Of a stretch of 64,000 nt of DNA, positions 58,740-64,000 are shown in pieces. A program made the position numbers and the translations under genes. The stretch is from Histomonas meleagridis 2922-C6/04-290x (lineage: Eukaryota > Protista > Parabasalia), in assembly GCA_020184695.1 (NCBI GenBank), contig JAANOX010000256.1:248001-312000 (forward strand), given 5' to 3'. Numbering within the stretch: position 1 is the stretch's first letter; each line of letters starts with the position of its first letter. Below the pieces are notes generated by a model. That model was not told where the DNA came from. It saw only the letters and a program-made list of their open reading frames with translations, and searched no databases.

Positions 58740-59041
58740 AAATTTGATTGACTCTGTGCCTACGAAATTCTGAAGTTGATACTTATCGTCGAATAAACAT
58801 TGGGAAATAATTGAATGCTTTACAATGAACAGAAAAGTAAAATTTAACGTACAGAACTAATTGATAAATTAATTAAGAAAGTGCATTCTCCAGACAAATA
58901 AAAAGTTCGATGAAATAATTCAAATCATATTTTGCATAATGTAATAAATTTTACAGAAATTTATTCTCTATTCGAATCTTCATAAAATCTATCAATGTTT
59001 ACTCAAATCTTAAAAAAAAAAATAACATATTTAAATTTTTT

Positions 59042-60820
59042 TTATGAATTTTGTTCCTTTGGCATAAGTTTGCAGGGAAAAAGACACTCACCTGCTCCAC
59101 AGTCACAATAAAAAATTTCACCTCCGTTTGGAAATATTTGAATTACATCATGTCCTTTGTGAAACACTTTGCACATTTGTTGTAAATAATTCCATATGGC
59201 TATAAAATCTTACAAGTTTGACAAATGTACATGCTATCATGCTTTACATGTTTATATCCTGTACTCTCAAAAGTACAATGACCTTTCATGAAATTATTTT
59301 GATTTTCATTAGAATCATAAAAACTATTTCTGGAAATGGTTGATGCATTATTTAATTCTTGTAATGTATATTTAATTCCTTCTTTTTGTTTGAGCTTATT
59401 AAAAACATCAATATCATATCTAGCAGCTGCGAGAATAATTGGTGTTAACCCTTTATTATCTTTAATATTAACATCAGTTCCTTTATGATCAATAAGCAAT
59501 TGAGCTATTTCTGAATTATGATTTAATAATGCTAAAATAAGTGCAGTGTGAAATAATTTAATTAAATTCCATATGTTTTTATTAAATATCAAATAATAAA
59601 CATAAATTTCAAGTAAAACAATGAAATATCTTTAGCACTTCCTGACCAAGAAGTAATTCAACAATTTTCGTGTGACCTTTTTCAGATGCACACGTAAGTG
59701 CTGTACAAAATAATTCAAATAATTTTCAAATATTATTTTGAAATACAGAATTATTAAAATATATTTTATCTTTGGCATTGAAATCAATTACTTCTTGTTC
59801 AATAATATATATATATAACAAGTTCAAGGTTATTTGATTTTAAAGAATATAGTAAGATATCTTTTGGAATCTGATTTTTTTGAAGAAAATGTTTAATAAG
59901 ATATAAATTTCCAATTCCAGCTGTATAAATAATGATATTTTCTTCAGTTTTATTTTTCTTCTAAAAAGGATAAAATTTCCTTTTAAAATACAAATATTTA
60001 ATATCATTCACATTTTCTGCTTAATTTCACCATATTCATCAGTATTATTTTCATAAAGATATCATTTTGCTGAAATTCAATTGCTGTTTCTAACGATTTC
60101 CCATATTTTTGAAAAATTTTTCACATAAATGAATTATTTTTATGTTTCAATCTGTAATTGCATATTTCAATTAATTCTTTGTCTTGGCACCATTTATAAG
60201 TAAATATTTAAAACATTTAATTGAACCAAAGAATGAAGCATAATCAATTAATGTAACATGATTAATAAATGAACATCTTTCATAAAGTGATGGGTCAATT
60301 GTTTGATTAATATCGTTTGTGATGATATTTCTTGAAGTTTTTCTATTTCATCTTTTCGAATTATTTTTGCAATTTCATTTGGATTATATCCTTTTTTAAT
60401 TAACTTCTTATGAAGCTCCCAATCATTCTTTGATAGTTCTTCATAATTTTCTATAAAGAATTGTTTTAAAGGATCATTAGAAAACAGATGCGTACCAAAC
60501 ATCATATTTCTTTTCGTTTGCATTTCAAGTTCCTGATTTTCTTCTTTTGTTCTATAATGTGAAAAATTTATGTTTCAATGTTTATTGTTATATTTTTATA
60601 AATTAAATTTTGCTTTATCATTTTATCTATTAAATAATATGATTCTTGTGTATTAATATGACTTATATAATTAACAAAAATATCTTTGATATTATTATTG
60701 TTGTTGTTGTTATTTCTGATTCTTTCTTCTTCTTTTGTTTGAACTTGTTGAATATATTTTATATAAATATTTTTTGTGTCTTTTGTGTTATTTTTGAAAC
60801 AAAATGCATTATAAATTATA
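59042..60820 (-). pseudogene. DUF3447-type + ankyrin repeats + UBR-like zinc finger gene, disrupted and 5'-truncated at the inverted-duplication breakpoint
   Basis: QESYYLIDKMIK and NDWELHKKLIKKGYNPNEIAKIIRKDEIEKLQ, then ankyrin repeats with spacer cassettes (59767-59705, 59627-59548). C-terminal CTFESTG...YICQTC(*)...CAKC.HKGH...FYCDCGAGEC ends at TAA 59042. Confidence 0.8.
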
Positions 60821-63800
60821 CAGCCATTATCAATTTACAAATTTTAAAACAAAATTTTTATAATTACATTGGAAATTTTATGAATAGCTTCGGATTTTTA
60901 CTAGTTTTTTGAAATTTTTCTACATCTTTTGGAAACTTAAAAATAAATTTTCCTTCTTTATAAACCATTCAATTTTGAATATTCAATAACCGTCACAAAT
61001 TTTACAATTAATTTTTAATTGATATCGATTTTTTATAAATTATAATGAACATTAATCAATTAAAATTTATTAATATGAAATATTGTTCAAACATTGTTAG
61101 AAGAAATTTAAAAGAATATATTTCATGTAATGATTAACCTTATATAAAAAGCTGAAGTTATAATTTTTAATTACAAAGTTTTCTACAAAAAGAAGTGTTT
61201 ATGATTTAAAATGTGAAGTTTCAATGAATCCCTTCCAAGAAAGAGATTATATCATTTGACAAAAACAAAACTTTTAAACATAATATATTTTTATTTAATA
61301 TTTATATTTTAGATATATTCATAAAACTATTTCGAGATATATCATAACTAATAAATTTTTGTTTATTTTCGTTGTTAATATAAACAATAAATTTATCATA
61401 TGTACAAATTAATTTAATAATTTTATCAGAAACTTCATATTTAGTGATAAATGTTCCATTAATACTATATAAATATAAATTACTTTTTATTCCAAAACAC
61501 AATATATCCAAACTTTTCATTAAATTCACTTCCATTGACTATTTCTGATATTTCAAATCTTCGTAATGTAAAACCTCGAATGATATCAAATATTATTATT
61601 TTATTATCTTTAACAATACATCCAATTAAATCATGTTCATTAATCGATATTTTACTATTTAAAGGAATAATATAATTCGAAATTGGATTTATTAATTTTG
61701 GGATAAAGTTCATATAAATAATATGAAATATATCAATAACTCCAATTTCATTAATAAAGATTAACAAATTGTTCTCAGTACTTAAAACGATTTTATCTTT
61801 ATCAAAAATTATGAAAAATTTGATTATTTTCTTGTTGAAGGAATTTATTTTTATTATTAATAATTTCTTGAATTTTTTGTATTAAATTTTGTTTATTAAT
61901 TATTAAATTAGTAATTTTAATATTAAATTTATTATTTAAAAATTCCATAAAATTTTCATTATTACTTTCAATGAATGAAATATTTTTAGTAATAATTTGA
62001 TTATTATTATTATTATTATTATTATTATCATTTAAAAATCTGAACAATAATAAAATGGATAAATTATTTCTTGTGAACAAAAATGTTTTAAGTTTTGTAA
62101 TTTGTTTCGGTTTTGGTAATATTAAATCTTTTTGTTTATTAATAAATGAATGATTATTAAAACCATTTAAATAAATTAAAAATTCAAATGTTGAAAGAAA
62201 ATTATTTTTATAATATGTAATTAACTTCTTTGGTTGAAGAAGTTCATTAAATTTGATAAAATTAGAATTAATTTCAATGTTTAAATTAATGGAATGAATT
62301 AAATTATTAATTATATTAATATTATTATCATGAATACAATTTATTATAAATGTATTACTATTAAGAAAATAAAATTGAATGTTATTATCAAATGTATTAT
62401 AATAAATTAATTTAGAAAATGATAATATAAGTAAAGGATGTTGAAAATAATATGAAAAATTAGAAAATCCAAAATTATTTACTATTTCATTAAAGTTATT
62501 ATCATTTTGATGTTCATAAAATATCATTTGATTATTATTATTAATTAAATTACTATTAATTAATATTAATAAATATGATTTATATATAAATACAATAGAA
62601 TCAAATTTATATTTTAAATAAAGAAATTTACAATTAAATTGTGAAATTATTTCTCCAAATTCATTATAATTAGAATTAAAACTTAAATATTCGATAACTG
62701 GATGCGTTTTTATGAATTTTTGTTTATCATAATTAAAATTATAAAATGGTGTTATAACACGTGAAGGCCAAAAAGGTTGTGAAAAATAATAAATTTCTTG
62801 ATTTAAAATGTTTTTGTTTTTAATCATTAAATATTTAATATTAACATATTCTTTATATATATTAATTTTTTCTGAATTTCGATAAATTTTTGTAAATATT
62901 AATTGATTAAATATTTTATATATTTTAGTCGATATAATTTCATAATATTTATCAATTAATTTATTCGATATTATTATAATTTCATTCTTTTTAATATTTT
63001 CATAATAACTTTTTTGTAAATCCTTAAAATTGTTGAATTGTAAATTTTGTATAAAAATAATTTTTTTGTTTTCTTCTTTTTCTTCATTTATTTTACTGAT
63101 AAAATCATGTACAATTTTGGGTGAGTTTTCAACCCATTCAATCAAATTGTTTTCTTCTGTTTCAATACATTTATTAATAATTTCATAAACTTCATATGTA
63201 AATTGTCCTATAAAATATGTAGAAAAAATAAATGAATTCGGCCAAAACATTTGAAGTAATTTAATCGTTTTATTATTATCTTCTTGAATTAAAAATGGAA
63301 TAAATTCACTTAAGATTAAAACTATAAATTCATTGTTATTAAATATTTCTTTATTTAAAAAGATATTATTATAATTTATTAAGATTGAAATACAATAAAT
63401 TCGATTCTTTTCTATAACAATTTTACATAAATTATATATAATTTCACGTAATAACTTTAAAATATTATTATTTTCTATATTAATTTCTGTAATTATCCTA
63501 TTAATAAAACTTAATATAGAATTATAAACTTTTGGTAATATTTGTATTAATATATTATTTCGAATATTATATACTAAAAATAGTAAAATTTGTTCAAATA
63601 AATTAATATCATTTTGAATATAATTTTTGTTGTTACATAATGTAAAGAATAATTCAATCGGATAAATACAATATAAATTAATGAATTCTTGTGATTGAAA
63701 TGGATAAAAATAAATCACTTCAAATAATATGTCTGGAAATTGTTTTAAATTATTTAATATTAAATATACAACAAATTCTGTATATTTAATTCCATTTAAA

Positions 63801-64000
63801 TAATTAGTTAATTCATTATAATTTATTTCATTGTTTTCAATAATTTTTAAGTTAAATCTTTTTAATAATTTTTGTATATTATTATAAAAATTAAATTTGT
63901 TTTTATATTTAGTAATGATTTCTTGTCGTGGAAATTCTTGTATCGTTTTCGATTTCAAAATTATCGTTTTCAAACTTTCATTTAATTCAAATTCATTGAT
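60821..64000 (-). repeat. Second arm of the inverted duplication (runs off the window); carries the 3' part of the BEACH-like gene (ORF 61802..63973 and downstream pieces to 61302)
   Basis: Reverse complement of 48215-51409, differing mainly by homopolymer indels plus a few substitutions near 61547 and 61765-61790. Confidence 0.95.

Noticed and set aside
3414-60912. Numerous short ORF-track calls antisense to or nested in real genes (for example 3414..3623, 6025..6255, 8503..8766, 19961..20320, 22594..23079, 55879..56484, 60646..60912)
   Set aside because: They are shadow ORFs with non-ATG starts or low-complexity translations, opposite better-supported genes.
1-64000. tRNA, rRNA genes or canonical spliceosomal introns (GTAWGT...ACTAAC...AG)
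   Set aside because: None found by eye; tRNAscan or Infernal would be needed to exclude them formally.

Overview
AT-rich eukaryotic genomic DNA, most likely a parabasalid (Tritrichomonas/Trichomonas-like). This is inferred from intronless gene-dense organisation, DUF3447/ankyrin families, expanded Myb/Rab/Ras/BEACH/ALG5 paralogues and very short intergenic spacers. Recognisable genes: NSUN2/Trm4 tRNA methyltransferase, strumpellin (WASHC5), queuine tRNA-ribosyltransferase (QTRT1), an R2R3 Myb, an N-CoR/Snt1-like SANT protein, a dynamin/EHD-like GTPase, Rab and Ras-family GTPases, a WDR17-like WD40 gene, an ALG5-like glycosyltransferase and a degenerate BEACH gene. The window also holds a decayed P-element-like transposase, several pseudogenes and a >=3.2-kb inverted duplication (48215-51409 vs 64000-60821). 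Main finding: five dispersed ankyrin-repeat loci (about 1.8-2.4, 26.0-26.4, 30.7-31.2, 37.55 and 59.4-59.8 kb) share one architecture. The four codons of the inter-repeat beta-hairpin loop (D-x-x-G-x-T) are each preceded by a 17-nt AT-rich spacer, giving an 80-nt cassette of 4 x (17+3) nt. Removing only the 17-mers restores textbook ankyrin loops (DKEGKTAL, DEDGHTAL, DEDGETSL, NKNGTTAL, DKNKWTAL). One uninterrupted junction and one junction lacking exactly one spacer occur in the same locus. The spacers have no GT-AG ends. This points to an unexplained mechanism, such as non-canonical 17-nt micro-introns with 3-nt micro-exons, translational skipping or DNA-level excision. The mechanism cannot be established from DNA alone, and most host loci here also carry ordinary disabling mutations. 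Many frameshifts at 39.9-50.9 kb fall in homopolymers and may be sequencing errors.
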